A DNA stretch of 64,000 nt from a virus. The notes under the pieces were generated by a model. The model was not told where the DNA came from and did no database searches. It was given only the letters and a program-made list of their open reading frames with translations. The stretch's first letter is position 1; each line of letters opens with the position of its first letter. The stretch covers positions 13,946-77,945 of IMG/VR virus record IMGVR_UViG_3300045988_119557. One strand, 5' to 3'. Positions 7,651-17,376 of this stretch are shown one piece after another. A program made the position numbers and the translations under genes.

Positions 7651-8181
7651 TTATTTAGAATTTGTTGTTTTGGGTTTATTAGACGTATTCATTTCCATCA
7701 AAAGAGATTTTATATCTCCCAATCCATCTTTTACGGATTTAACCTCTTGCTCCAATGAATTAATCCTATCTTCTTGTTGCTTTTCTTTGGCAAATTGAGG
7801 ATTTAGTTCTTTTAAAATACTATCACAAGATTCTATAACAGATTTATGATATGGAACGCTTTCTACAATTTGCTTACTGGTTTGCATCATTGCTTCAACT
7901 TCCGAAATGATAGCCTCTTTCTTTTCGGAAACAATCACATTTGGATAAGCAAAAATTTCACCATTTGCTGGTAATTTTTGAAAGTCTAAAACTTCCTCGC
8001 CACATCTTACCTTAATGTCAATAAGCATTTCTGGTTGAGGACTATAAGGTACTGACGGATTATAAGTAGGATATTTAGGGACAGGTGAACTTACAGATTC
8101 AATCTGTCCTATCTTAACAGTTGGTCTTTCTCCTTTAGAAAGAACATATATAAAACCACCTTGTCTACTTGATGAAAACAT
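7651..8181 (-). CDS. hypothetical protein
   Basis: 176-aa ORF that ends 8 nt before the next gene's ATG. The C-terminal half is predicted coiled-coil-like (EKQQEDRINSLEQEVKSVKD). Confidence 0.5.
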   Translation of the reverse strand: MFSSSRQGGFIYVLSKGERPTVKIGQIESVSSPVPKYPTYNPSVPYSPQPEMLIDIKVRCGEEVLDFQKLPANGEIFAYPNVIVSEKKEAIISEVEAMMQTSKQIVESVPYHKSVIESCDSILKELNPQFAKEKQQEDRINSLEQEVKSVKDGLGDIKSLLMEMNTSNKPKTTNSK

Positions 8182-8236
8182 ATAATAAACTTTTAATTTG
8201 TTTTACATAGACGGGGTTTTACTCCCGTCTATAGAT

Positions 8237-8725
8237 TCACTTACTTGTTGCTAATGTAGGTGCAGGAGTTGTTCCGCCTGTCTGAAAATTGACAAAACGT
8301 ATAATCCCCTCTCTTTTATTGATAAAAGCAAAGACCTCTTTTGAGTTTGTTATATCAGAACCAATAACATTTGAGCTGTTATGATCTATAACATTTACTT
8401 TACTTTCACCATTATTAGAAGAAGAACTCCCTACATTTGTACTATTATTGGACGTTGGAATAGCAATCGTTACAGGCAATGCTTCACCACCTGTTGGAAC
8501 TGCTTGATTAACTTGCACAGTCACATAACATTCACAAGGAAGCTGATTATACAGACATTTGTCAATCCCATAGTCTACACTCGTCTCTGATAAGGCTACG
8601 TTTGTTGTCGGCAACTCAAATATACAGAGTTGTTTCAAACAAGAACGTTGTCTCGTAGGAATAGCTGGACCGGGACCACCTACCCACCAATACGTATCAA
8701 AAGGATTTAATGGATTTCCATACAT
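8237..8725 (-). CDS. hypothetical Cys-containing protein
   Basis: ORF trimmed to MYGNPLNPFDTYWW. A perfect AGGAGG lies 5 nt upstream (8731-8736), which is unusual for this genome. Motifs CLKQLC and CECYV. Confidence 0.5.
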   Translation of the reverse strand: MYGNPLNPFDTYWWVGGPGPAIPTRQRSCLKQLCIFELPTTNVALSETSVDYGIDKCLYNQLPCECYVTVQVNQAVPTGGEALPVTIAIPTSNNSTNVGSSSSNNGESKVNVIDHNSSNVIGSDITNSKEVFAFINKREGIIRFVNFQTGGTTPAPTLATSK

Positions 8726-8739
8726 AGATACCTCCTTTC

Positions 8740-9711
8740 TTAACAACCACAGTTACTATAAGGTGATACACTCATATTAACTGGTACGCTATAGTTAACA
8801 GGTATATAGTTACCAGCAGCTGGGATATAAGGAATTGTTATCGTTTCAGGTTGTTTACATTCAATTTTAGCCAATCGAGCACTCAAATCATTTAAAGCTG
8901 CACCAAGAGGAGCCGTTGCCTGTCCGACGATCTGAGAGGTCATGGCAGAACTTTTAAATGTGCTATTCTCCTCACGAAGTTTATCAATCTTGTTCTGCAT
9001 TTCGCGCATTTCAGCCGCACGCTGACCGGCAAGAATCTGCTGTGTGCTATCCTTGATGGAATTTTGCAGATCACAAGTCTGACGTTGAGTTTCATATGCA
9101 ACAGAAGCAAAGCCTCTTTCCTGACCAGTCGCAACGCCGTTAATGGCATTTTGCAATGTGTTCGTTTGCTGACAGATCGCCAGACGGTTTTCGCAGCAGC
9201 ATGAAGCAATCTGTTGAGCGATCTGACAGTTACCCTGCTGGATAGCATTGATAATCTGCATTGAGCTTTGACCAACCTGATTCCCTACCTGTTGCACCTG
9301 TGACATCACTCCATTGATAGCATTCTGAACCTGACCGATTGAACAGTTTAAATTAGTAGCCAGATTGTTGATTGCCTGTCCGTTCCCCTGAATAGCACTC
9401 ATTAGTAATTCCCTTCCTGCATCATTGTTAATCAAATTTGGAATACCAGCGACACCATATCCGCCACCATTTCCACCATCGTTACCCCAACCATTACGAC
9501 CGAAAAGAGGAAAAAGGAAGAACAAGAAGATAATCCATAAGAACCATGAGCCATCTCCGCCAAACCCGTTTCCATTTCCTTTGCTATTCAAAGCCATTAA
9601 CAAGTTAGGGTCAATACCTTTCTGCTGCAAAAGTGGAGCAAGCATAGCCATCATTCCACTTCCGCTTCCACTCCCTACATCAGGAGTATAAACAACTGTT
9701 TTTGATTCCAT
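8740..9711 (-). CDS. membrane protein with Gly-rich flanks, one TM helix and a long Gln/Asn/Cys-rich region
   Basis: TM segment WFLWIIFLFFLFPLF flanked by GNGNGFGGDG and GWGNDGGNGGGYG. Then degenerate QNAINGV-type repeats, SCCCENRLAICQQ, and a C-terminal NCGC. No family recognised. Confidence 0.6.
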   Translation of the reverse strand: MESKTVVYTPDVGSGSGSGMMAMLAPLLQQKGIDPNLLMALNSKGNGNGFGGDGSWFLWIIFLFFLFPLFGRNGWGNDGGNGGGYGVAGIPNLINNDAGRELLMSAIQGNGQAINNLATNLNCSIGQVQNAINGVMSQVQQVGNQVGQSSMQIINAIQQGNCQIAQQIASCCCENRLAICQQTNTLQNAINGVATGQERGFASVAYETQRQTCDLQNSIKDSTQQILAGQRAAEMREMQNKIDKLREENSTFKSSAMTSQIVGQATAPLGAALNDLSARLAKIECKQPETITIPYIPAAGNYIPVNYSVPVNMSVSPYSNCGC

Positions 9712-9841
9712 AAAAAATACATTTAATATAGTCCGACATTGAACTATGTTCTGAATAAACTAAAAATAATGGAATCAAAATACACAGTATTTTTATATTT
9801 TTCGAGCGTTGTGTTTCAGCGTGTTATGATATATTATAGAA

Positions 9842-9849
9842 TATATTTG
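9842..9849 (+). promoter_or_regulatory. Bacteroides-type -7 promoter box
   Basis: TATATTTG in the divergent intergenic region 9712-9895. Confidence 0.35.
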
Positions 9850-9869
9850 GAGGGTAGTGATAAAACCAT

Positions 9870-9877
9870 TACATTTG
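9870..9877 (+). promoter_or_regulatory. Bacteroides-type -7 promoter box
   Basis: TACATTTG, 18 nt upstream of the ATG at 9896. Confidence 0.45.
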
Positions 9878-9895
9878 TGCCATATATTTATCACT

Positions 9896-10237
9896 ATGAC
9901 GCTAACAACAGAACAACAACATAAAGTCGATCAGATAGCCAACGAAGTCTATAAATACTTCGGAGTTACAGAGCAAGATATAATTAATCATAATATGAAA
10001 GAAAAGCCTTCTACTGCTCGGTATTTTCTTTATTATATATTGCACTATAGCTTAGGCTTATCTTCGGCAACAATCGCGAATATGTACTTTAGAGCACCGC
10101 GATGTGTTAAACGTGGTGTTGCTAAAATAAAATTGGGAGTCGTAAGGCACAAGTATTACAATGCTATTTACACCGACTTGATGGAAAGAATCCAGCCTTT
10201 GATTCCCGAAGATATTGATAGATTCTTAAACAAATAA
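9896..10237 (+). CDS. DnaA C-terminal-domain-like helix-turn-helix protein
   Basis: KPSTARYFLYYILHYSLGLSSATIANMYFRAPRCVKRGVAKIK resembles the DnaA domain IV pattern. The start is placed downstream of the promoter box. Confidence 0.5.
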   Translation: MTLTTEQQHKVDQIANEVYKYFGVTEQDIINHNMKEKPSTARYFLYYILHYSLGLSSATIANMYFRAPRCVKRGVAKIKLGVVRHKYYNAIYTDLMERIQPLIPEDIDRFLNK

Positions 10238-10244
10238 TAAAACA

Positions 10245-10445
10245 ATGAACGATTTGAAAATTAACAAGGGAGTAATGACTTCGAGAGAGATTGCGGATCT
10301 GACGGGGAAGGAACACAAAAACGTAATGCAAGATATTAGAAATCTTGTTGCCCAACTGCCAGAAAAAGATAGGCTGAATTTTCAGCTCACCTCTTATACA
10401 GATGCGAAAGGTGAGAAACGTCCTATGTATGAGCTAACAAATTAA
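10245..10445 (+). CDS. Rha-family N-terminal domain only (truncated paralogue of 59364-60065)
   Basis: MTSREIADLTGKEHKNVMQDIRNL..YTDAKGEKRPMYEL parallels the 59364 gene, then stops right after PMYELTN. Confidence 0.6.
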   Translation: MNDLKINKGVMTSREIADLTGKEHKNVMQDIRNLVAQLPEKDRLNFQLTSYTDAKGEKRPMYELTN

Positions 10446-10459
10446 CTAAAAAAAGACAT

Positions 10460-11209
10460 ATGAAAAATAGAATTAAAATTTTCGAGAACGCAGAGTTCGG
10501 GAAGGTTAGAGTTAATACAGTGAACAATGAACCAATGTTCTGCCTAAGTGATGTATGTAGGGTGTTAGGATTAACGCAACCATCAAAAGTAAAAGAAAGA
10601 TTAAATGAAAAGGGTGTGAATACTATTCCTACCCTTACCTCAGGAGGCACACAAGAACTTTTGTATATTAACGAAAGTAATCTTTATAAAACAATCTTTC
10701 AGAGTCGAAAGGAATGCGCAGAACGTTTTTCCGATTGGGTAACTTCGGAAGTCCTTCCGTCCATTAGAAAGAATGGAGGATATATCATGGAGAAACAAGA
10801 TGAAACGCCCGAAGAGCTTATGGCGCGTGCGTTAATGATTGCACAAGAAACCTTAAAGCGCAAGGAGCAAAGGCTGCTCGAAGCTGAGACCAAAATCAAA
10901 GAGAATGCTCCAAAGGTTGAATACTTCAATGGGCTTGTCGAGAGAGGGAATAATCTTAATTTTCGTGATACAGCGAAGCTACTTGGGGTTAAAGAAAAAA
11001 CTTTCATTTATATTTTTATTGATAAAGGGTATGTCTATCGTGATGCAAAAGGAAAACTAAAACCGATAGCCAAATATGTAGGCAAATACTTTGAGTTGAA
11101 GGAATGGGTCACCAATGATAAATCTGGAACGCAAACTCTTATTACGGTGACAGGAAGAGAAAAGTTCGCCAGCATACTTAAGGAATACATTTCAGAGAGT
11201 TTTAATTGA
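10460..11209 (+). CDS. Bro-N / KilAC-type phage antirepressor
   Basis: IFENAEFGKVRV..EPMFCLSDVCRVLGL..NLYKTIFQSRKECAERFSDWVTSEVLPSIRKNGGY (Bro-N), plus a C-terminal KilAC-like half. Confidence 0.8.
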   Translation: MKNRIKIFENAEFGKVRVNTVNNEPMFCLSDVCRVLGLTQPSKVKERLNEKGVNTIPTLTSGGTQELLYINESNLYKTIFQSRKECAERFSDWVTSEVLPSIRKNGGYIMEKQDETPEELMARALMIAQETLKRKEQRLLEAETKIKENAPKVEYFNGLVERGNNLNFRDTAKLLGVKEKTFIYIFIDKGYVYRDAKGKLKPIAKYVGKYFELKEWVTNDKSGTQTLITVTGREKFASILKEYISESFN

Positions 11210-11235
11210 GCCATATTTAATAAAAACCAATAAAA

Positions 11236-11613
11236 ATGAAAAAGAACATTCTATTTTTAGTATTAGCATTAATGCTTGCATTTTCTTCTTGTTCTAAAGG
11301 AGAAGATAGTCATAACGATTTTCTTCTTGAAAACACAACATGGTTGTGCATCGAGAATCAAATCACCATGCAATTTACTTCTGCAAAAGATGTAAAAGTC
11401 GAATCAGATTTATGGGCTGACCGCTATGGAACTTATATTCAAAACGAAAAGTCTATTAAATTCTTTGATCTATGGGCATTAATATCAATCACTCCTTATG
11501 ATTTCAAATCTGCTACCTTGTCAGACTACGGAACAAATATGAAGGTAAAATGCGTAGATAAAAATAATGGAGAAGAAAAAGAGTTAACTTTTGTGAAAGA
11601 AGTAGCTAAGTAA
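11236..11613 (+). CDS. lipoprotein
   Basis: Signal peptide with lipobox: MKKNILFLVLALMLAFSSC followed by SKGED. Confidence 0.75.
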   Translation: MKKNILFLVLALMLAFSSCSKGEDSHNDFLLENTTWLCIENQITMQFTSAKDVKVESDLWADRYGTYIQNEKSIKFFDLWALISITPYDFKSATLSDYGTNMKVKCVDKNNGEEKELTFVKEVAK

Positions 11614-11720
11614 CATCCCTTTTACTGTCTTTGTAAACAAGAAATAGCAGCAACTTAAATTTCTTAACTCATATCATTTTTTTTAGTGTTAAACATAGAA
11701 TATAGGTTTAAAGGGTTTAT

Positions 11721-11757
11721 CCCCAAGAGTATGTGAATATTCTTGGGGATGTTTTTT
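11721..11757. terminator. hairpin between convergent genes (terminator for the lipoprotein gene, overlaps the tape-measure stop codon)
   Basis: CCCCAAGA (11721-11728) pairs with TCTTGGGG (11741-11748), followed by a T6 run at 11752-11757. Confidence 0.55.
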
Positions 11758-14700
11758 ATAGTACAGTTTTTATGCTATATCCTCCAACCGAATTATTTCC
11801 TCCGGCTGTAATAACACTTTCCAATTTGCTATTTATATCTCTTAATACTCTTGTTTGTGCGACTAATTCTCCTAATAATGGATTAGCCTCAACATCAAAG
11901 CTACCGATAGCAGAAAGCGTTTTTAATTGTACGTTTGAATCAGCTACAAAGAATCGCATGGAGTTTAAAAGTGCTTCAAGAGCTTGCGCTGTTTCTTCTG
12001 TAATACCTTTTATACCTGCATTCAAACCAGATAGCTCTTGATTGTTGCCTCCTGGCAAAACACCTAAGTTTTCTACGATGGATTTATACAATGCGTCTAA
12101 AGCTCCTTTGGTATCCGTATTAAATTTATCCATGATTCCAGAAAGTTCATCCTTAGTTAAGATGCTATCTTTAACTGCTTCGTCAATCATTCCCAATAGG
12201 GGTTTTAATATGGTCTCAGTTCCTCTAAACAACAATTGCTTTTTAACAACATTATCCATAAAGTCTTGGAATGTAGTTTCCAACCCTTTCATTCCATCCC
12301 CTGTTTCTTTGAAGGCTTCATACCAAGCATTAGCAAATTCTTGTGCGGCAGATTTAAAGTTTTCTTCCGTTCCGAATCCTCCCATTTCCGCTAAAGCTTC
12401 TTCTTTTAATTGCAATTGCAGATCGTGTAGCTTTTCAATTTCTCCTTGCCATTCCTTTATTCGGTTCTTGTCGGTTTTCTTTTTCGCATCTTCGGCAGCT
12501 ATCATTTGTTCGTATGCCTTTATTTGGGCTTTTACGTTTTCTTGGGCAAGCCTATTTGATTCTTGAAATGTGTCTACAGAATAAGCCGCCTCTATTGACT
12601 TTTCAAGCTTTTTATATGCCTTATCCAGATTCTCTATCTTTTCTATTTCTCTCTGTATTTGACGCTCCTTCTTTTTGTCGCCAATATTAAAGAAAGCTCC
12701 AATTGTTTTTGCCAAACCAGTAATACCTTGTAGGTATCCGCCAATATCAGCAGGATTTACCATGACTCTCGCGACACCCGATGCTGTATCTCCGACACCC
12801 GATAATATTTCTTGGAGAGAACCGATTGAGTCAGCAGCCTTAGCATCCATCTTGCCAAAGACATTTTCCATTGAAGTAGCTACATCAGATATAGTTTGTC
12901 CTACTTCATCGGCATATCTACCGATTAATAATAATACAGCTTGAAGTTTATCTTTTAATGTTTCGCCATATTTTATTTGCTTTATTAAGGCTTTTACAAC
13001 TTCTCCTTGACTTTTCACATTGTTATTTGCAATGTCCAATGCTTGCTGTGCAATCCTTAAATTTTCCTTAGCTAAATTAGCTTCTTTAGAATTAAGGCCA
13101 TATTTTTTAACCGCAACATCATATTGCTTTTGAGCAGAAAGAACATTATTTTCTGCTAATGTTTGCTGTTGTTTATATTGCTCTAATGTTTTGGATTCAT
13201 CTGTATATTCAGCCTCTAAATTCTTTTTTTCTTTTAAGTAGCCGATATACTCTTTTATATTAGGCAATAGATCCTTAAACGGATTTCGCTTCTCTATTTG
13301 TTCGTCAATCTTTTGCATTTGAGAAGTTATCTCCTTTAATTCGGTTGGAGACAAATCTTTTAAAGACTCTTTCAACGAAATCAATTTAGCTTTCATCTGC
13401 TCTAATACGGAAGAAGATACTCTATCAAGATCTTCAAACATCGTAATATAAAGATCGCTTTCTTTGAATTCAGCAAAAGATTGCTTATCTAACTTCTGCC
13501 TTGTTTCTTTCTGTATGTTCTTTTTAATCTGTTCCTTCTGAGGTTTTGTAAATTCAGAAGGAATTTCCGCTATCTTCTTCTGCGCTTCAAGCTCAATCTT
13601 GATACGCTCCGACATGGATTTTTTTAGATATTGAGAATAATCCTTTAAACGTTCTTCCAAGGAGGCTTTTTCTGCGGCAGTTATTTTGTCCGACGCTTCG
13701 TTGTATGCTTTTAATTGCTCCTCGCTCAATGCCTCTATGTCTGGGTATAGAGATTTCAATTTAGCCTTAATATCATCAAGCGTAAATGTATCTATCCCAA
13801 ATAACTGACTAATTAAGTCTTTATCAAGACCCAATTTCCCTAATTCAACAGTTAATTCATAACCAGTGAAAAGCCCCTCTATTTCTTTTCTTGTCCTTTC
13901 TACATCTTTAGCTCTCACGTCTATTTCCACATCACCCCTAAGATCAGAAATTGCTTTTTCAAGTGTCAAGCGCATTTTGGGAGAAACAGAAGACATAAGC
14001 GATTCTAACCCTGCTATAATTCCGCTTGGATCAAAATTCATCGTTGTAATCAAATTCCCTAATCCAGCTTCTTTAAAAGAATCCGTATAGTCTTTGCGAG
14101 TTTTCTCTAAAGCCGCAGCTTTATTATAATATTTTAGATTTTTCTGATATTCTTGACCTACTTTCTTTAAAAGATCTATTTGTTGTTGTAACGTTTTATT
14201 TCTTTCATTTTCTCCTTTATTCGATTTAGGCATTTCACCAAATGCTGTCAATATCTGAGTAAGCTGCTTAACTCTCTCTTTATTGTATTTAAGAGCTTCT
14301 TCATTGGTCATCGAAGCATTTAACTGCTCTGTTGCTACATTTAATTTTTCTACATTAGATTGCGAGTCTTTCAGTTCGGCTTTTAGCTTATCAAAATAAT
14401 CTTTAGTTCCTTGATCTGGTTTTATAATATCAAGTTCAAGCTTATGATCTTCTACATATTTTTTAAGTCGAGCTTGCATCCCTTGATATTGATTTATAAT
14501 AGGTTTAGATGCTATTTCTACTCCAAACTTAACTGTAAACTCCTGAGATACAAATTTTTTTGTTTCCTCGTCAGCTATATTTAAAGAATTAATATAATCC
14601 CTAAGAGTTTCTTGTGCCGCTTTTCTCCCCTCTTCTGTAGCAATATTATAAGTCTTCTTAAAATCCGTAGCAAGTTTCTTTATATCTTCCGACATTTCAG

Positions 14701-17371
14701 TTCTTGTTTTAGTTAACTTGCTTAAAGCTTTATCGTAATCATTGAAATCAGAAGAATAAGGACGCATTAATTCTCTCAATCCTCCACCACCAGTAGCAGC
14801 AGTTTTTCTACCGAGGACATCTAATGCTTTTAATTTTTCAACGGCTGTTCCTGCACTATTTTGTATTGCAACAATCTGCTGTCGGACATCAGGGTCTAAA
14901 TTTTTAGCTGTTTGAAGAAAAACATTAAGTTTTCCATTTGCATCAAGCCAAATATTACCCATACTATTAGCTTGTTTATTATATTCGGCTTGAAGTTCCG
15001 ATAACTCTGCTGCCCTTTCAATCATTCCTGTACTAAACCAAGATTCTTGCCTCTTTGCTAACCAATTTAAATAATTAGTTTGTTCTAACTTCTTATTAAA
15101 CTCCTCTTGTGCTTTAGTCAAATCTACAGTACCATCTTTCTGTGTAATAATACTATTATATACTGTCGGATGATTAATTCTCAATTCTTCTAACAAGGCA
15201 TTTCGTTTTGCCGAAGATTCGTTGTTTTCTTTTTGAGCATCTGTGTATTCTTTAGTCCCTTCTTTAAACTGCTGCATTGCAGAAGCAGATTCTTTTATTT
15301 TTGCATTATATTCCTTAATTTTAGATGAGATAGAATCTATTTCATTCTTTTGTCTTGCTAAAGAATTTGTTAATATGTCATATTTAGCTTTTGCTTCTTC
15401 AACCTTACTGTTGTATTCTGTAGCTGCATATATTGCCGTAGCAATACCAGTTGCCAAAAGTAAATAAGGATTGCCTTTTGCAAAAGATAATAAGTTTTTA
15501 AGCCCTGTAACTGTTCCTCCGATAGCCTTGTTAACTCTTCCTGAATTGGCGATTATTTCTCCCTGTGATGCCGCGAAAGCCTTATTAGCGATGGTAGCTA
15601 AAACTATTTTTCCAGTATATAAAACGAACCCAGTTGCTACGGATTTTAATAAAACTGCAAAAACTTCCCAACTCTCTACAATGCCTCGAACAATCGCAAC
15701 CAAATCTTTTAGAACACCGTCATTAGCTTTTCCAATCTCGTTAAACATAACATCGAAGCTATCTTGGAGGTTGGAAATTTGACCTTGCAAAGTTTCAGCT
15801 TGTATTTCTTGCATATTATAGAAGATTCCTCCGGCAGAAGTTATCCTCTTAAATACTTCTTCGACATCCTCAAAGGCAACCATTCTATTAGATACCATAT
15901 CGAAGACTTCTCCAACAGATACCATTCGTCCTTCTAATTCAGTGAAATATGTTGCCAATTCACCTAATATATTAATACCAGCTTCACTAAACTGTCTTAA
16001 TTCCGTTCCACGTAGATAATTAGCTGCCTTAACTTGACCAAAGGCTAAAATCAAGCGATCCATTTCAACACCCAAGCCGCTTGATATATCAGCAAGCATT
16101 TTTGTTGTATCGTACAGTTTTTCTGTTTCGATACGATATGCTGCTAATTGCTTTGTATATGTAACCAATTCCTTAACTCTATATGGAGACCTAACAGCCA
16201 ATTCGACAACTTGATTAAATAATTGGTCAGCTTGATCTTTGTTTTGAAGAATAGCTTGTAATGCGCGGTTCTGCAATTCAAATTCCCCTCGCACCTGTAC
16301 TAATTTACCAATATACCCTTCAATTGCGGCCACACTGAAAAGAAGACCTAACTTACGCTCCAATTGTGCAGAAGTATCGAGTATGCGACTTTGATTTTTC
16401 TTCAAATTGTTCATGCTGTTTGCTGTAGCATCATTAACCGCATTTAGTCTTTGGGTTTCAGCAGTTATTCTCTGTAATTGAGTCGTATAATTTCTGCCAG
16501 TAGCATTTAACTGTTCTTGGGCGCTTCTTAATTTGGCTAATTTATTAATACGTTGGGCGATGGTACCCTCAGATGCAGCCATAGCTCTATTATAAGCTTG
16601 CATGGCTTGTGCAGCTTGCTGATCTGATTTCCTATTTTGTTCTCTATTAAGTTTTTCTTGTGCTTTAGCTAATTTCTCTGCTTCTGCCGCAGCCTTCTCT
16701 TCAGCTTGCGCCATTTTATAAGCCTTCTCAAAAGCTGCATCCATCATCTTCTGTTGCTGTTGTAAAGCCGAACTTCCTGTTTTGAATGAAGAATTTAATT
16801 GGTCTAATGCAATAGAGGCGTTACCGATTGTTTTTTTGTAATTTTCCCAAGAAGCGGCTGTAGCAAGAATGCTTCTTCTTTCTTGCTCTAATACAGCTAA
16901 TTCAGCTTGAATTTGAGGAGTAAGTGATTTCCCTGCTGAGGCTTCTTTCATTGTAGAACCACTGATAAATCCGCCTCCCTTATTCTTCAAATTAGCAATT
17001 TGAGAATCTAATTTAGATACTGCCGAAGTCGAATCATTTAACAAGTTTTTTAGCGATTCTATTTTTTTATTGATAACATCGACGGGAGATTGGGACACTC
17101 TATTTAGTTGCTCTGCCACATTAGCCACACTTTTAGCTACTTTTTCTGTGCCAGATGTATCAAGCTTAGGCATCAAATCTTTAATGCCTTTATTCGCTGT
17201 TTTTAATTGTTGTAATAATGGGTTAAGACCATCGGCCATTTCTTGAAAAGCCGACTTCATTAGCTTTTTAGTGTTCTCACTCGTTTTAGCTAATGTCTCT
17301 ATTTTCTTATCTGTTTGATCCAGTTGCTTTAATACATTTTCTGGTATCTCTAAAATATATCCTTCTGCCAT
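11756..17371 (-). CDS. tail tape measure protein
   Basis: 1871 aa, highly helical. Its core region (SPYRVKELVTYTKQLAAY..LGVEMDRLILAFGQVKAANYLRGTELRQFSEAGINILGELA) resembles TP901-type tape-measure cores. It lies directly downstream of a frameshifted chaperone pair. Confidence 0.9.
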   Translation of the reverse strand: MAEGYILEIPENVLKQLDQTDKKIETLAKTSENTKKLMKSAFQEMADGLNPLLQQLKTANKGIKDLMPKLDTSGTEKVAKSVANVAEQLNRVSQSPVDVINKKIESLKNLLNDSTSAVSKLDSQIANLKNKGGGFISGSTMKEASAGKSLTPQIQAELAVLEQERRSILATAASWENYKKTIGNASIALDQLNSSFKTGSSALQQQQKMMDAAFEKAYKMAQAEEKAAAEAEKLAKAQEKLNREQNRKSDQQAAQAMQAYNRAMAASEGTIAQRINKLAKLRSAQEQLNATGRNYTTQLQRITAETQRLNAVNDATANSMNNLKKNQSRILDTSAQLERKLGLLFSVAAIEGYIGKLVQVRGEFELQNRALQAILQNKDQADQLFNQVVELAVRSPYRVKELVTYTKQLAAYRIETEKLYDTTKMLADISSGLGVEMDRLILAFGQVKAANYLRGTELRQFSEAGINILGELATYFTELEGRMVSVGEVFDMVSNRMVAFEDVEEVFKRITSAGGIFYNMQEIQAETLQGQISNLQDSFDVMFNEIGKANDGVLKDLVAIVRGIVESWEVFAVLLKSVATGFVLYTGKIVLATIANKAFAASQGEIIANSGRVNKAIGGTVTGLKNLLSFAKGNPYLLLATGIATAIYAATEYNSKVEEAKAKYDILTNSLARQKNEIDSISSKIKEYNAKIKESASAMQQFKEGTKEYTDAQKENNESSAKRNALLEELRINHPTVYNSIITQKDGTVDLTKAQEEFNKKLEQTNYLNWLAKRQESWFSTGMIERAAELSELQAEYNKQANSMGNIWLDANGKLNVFLQTAKNLDPDVRQQIVAIQNSAGTAVEKLKALDVLGRKTAATGGGGLRELMRPYSSDFNDYDKALSKLTKTRTEMSEDIKKLATDFKKTYNIATEEGRKAAQETLRDYINSLNIADEETKKFVSQEFTVKFGVEIASKPIINQYQGMQARLKKYVEDHKLELDIIKPDQGTKDYFDKLKAELKDSQSNVEKLNVATEQLNASMTNEEALKYNKERVKQLTQILTAFGEMPKSNKGENERNKTLQQQIDLLKKVGQEYQKNLKYYNKAAALEKTRKDYTDSFKEAGLGNLITTMNFDPSGIIAGLESLMSSVSPKMRLTLEKAISDLRGDVEIDVRAKDVERTRKEIEGLFTGYELTVELGKLGLDKDLISQLFGIDTFTLDDIKAKLKSLYPDIEALSEEQLKAYNEASDKITAAEKASLEERLKDYSQYLKKSMSERIKIELEAQKKIAEIPSEFTKPQKEQIKKNIQKETRQKLDKQSFAEFKESDLYITMFEDLDRVSSSVLEQMKAKLISLKESLKDLSPTELKEITSQMQKIDEQIEKRNPFKDLLPNIKEYIGYLKEKKNLEAEYTDESKTLEQYKQQQTLAENNVLSAQKQYDVAVKKYGLNSKEANLAKENLRIAQQALDIANNNVKSQGEVVKALIKQIKYGETLKDKLQAVLLLIGRYADEVGQTISDVATSMENVFGKMDAKAADSIGSLQEILSGVGDTASGVARVMVNPADIGGYLQGITGLAKTIGAFFNIGDKKKERQIQREIEKIENLDKAYKKLEKSIEAAYSVDTFQESNRLAQENVKAQIKAYEQMIAAEDAKKKTDKNRIKEWQGEIEKLHDLQLQLKEEALAEMGGFGTEENFKSAAQEFANAWYEAFKETGDGMKGLETTFQDFMDNVVKKQLLFRGTETILKPLLGMIDEAVKDSILTKDELSGIMDKFNTDTKGALDALYKSIVENLGVLPGGNNQELSGLNAGIKGITEETAQALEALLNSMRFFVADSNVQLKTLSAIGSFDVEANPLLGELVAQTRVLRDINSKLESVITAGGNNSVGGYSIKTVL

Positions 17372-17376
17372 CGTTT

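Noticed and set aside
8940-9275. An alternative-frame 111-aa ORF inside the 323-aa membrane-protein gene, plus plus-strand ORFs at 8381-8590 and 9425-9691.
   Set aside because: These are overlapping or antisense ORFs with basic, low-complexity translations. The 323-aa frame has the coherent TM and repeat architecture.
11733-15782. Several plus-strand ORFs (11733-12041, 12042-12566, 12675-12944, 13866-14090, 15243-15467, 15471-15782) lie opposite the tape-measure gene.
   Set aside because: They are shadow ORFs on the antisense strand of an uninterrupted 1871-aa gene. Their translations are low-complexity S/P/F/L-rich with no motifs.
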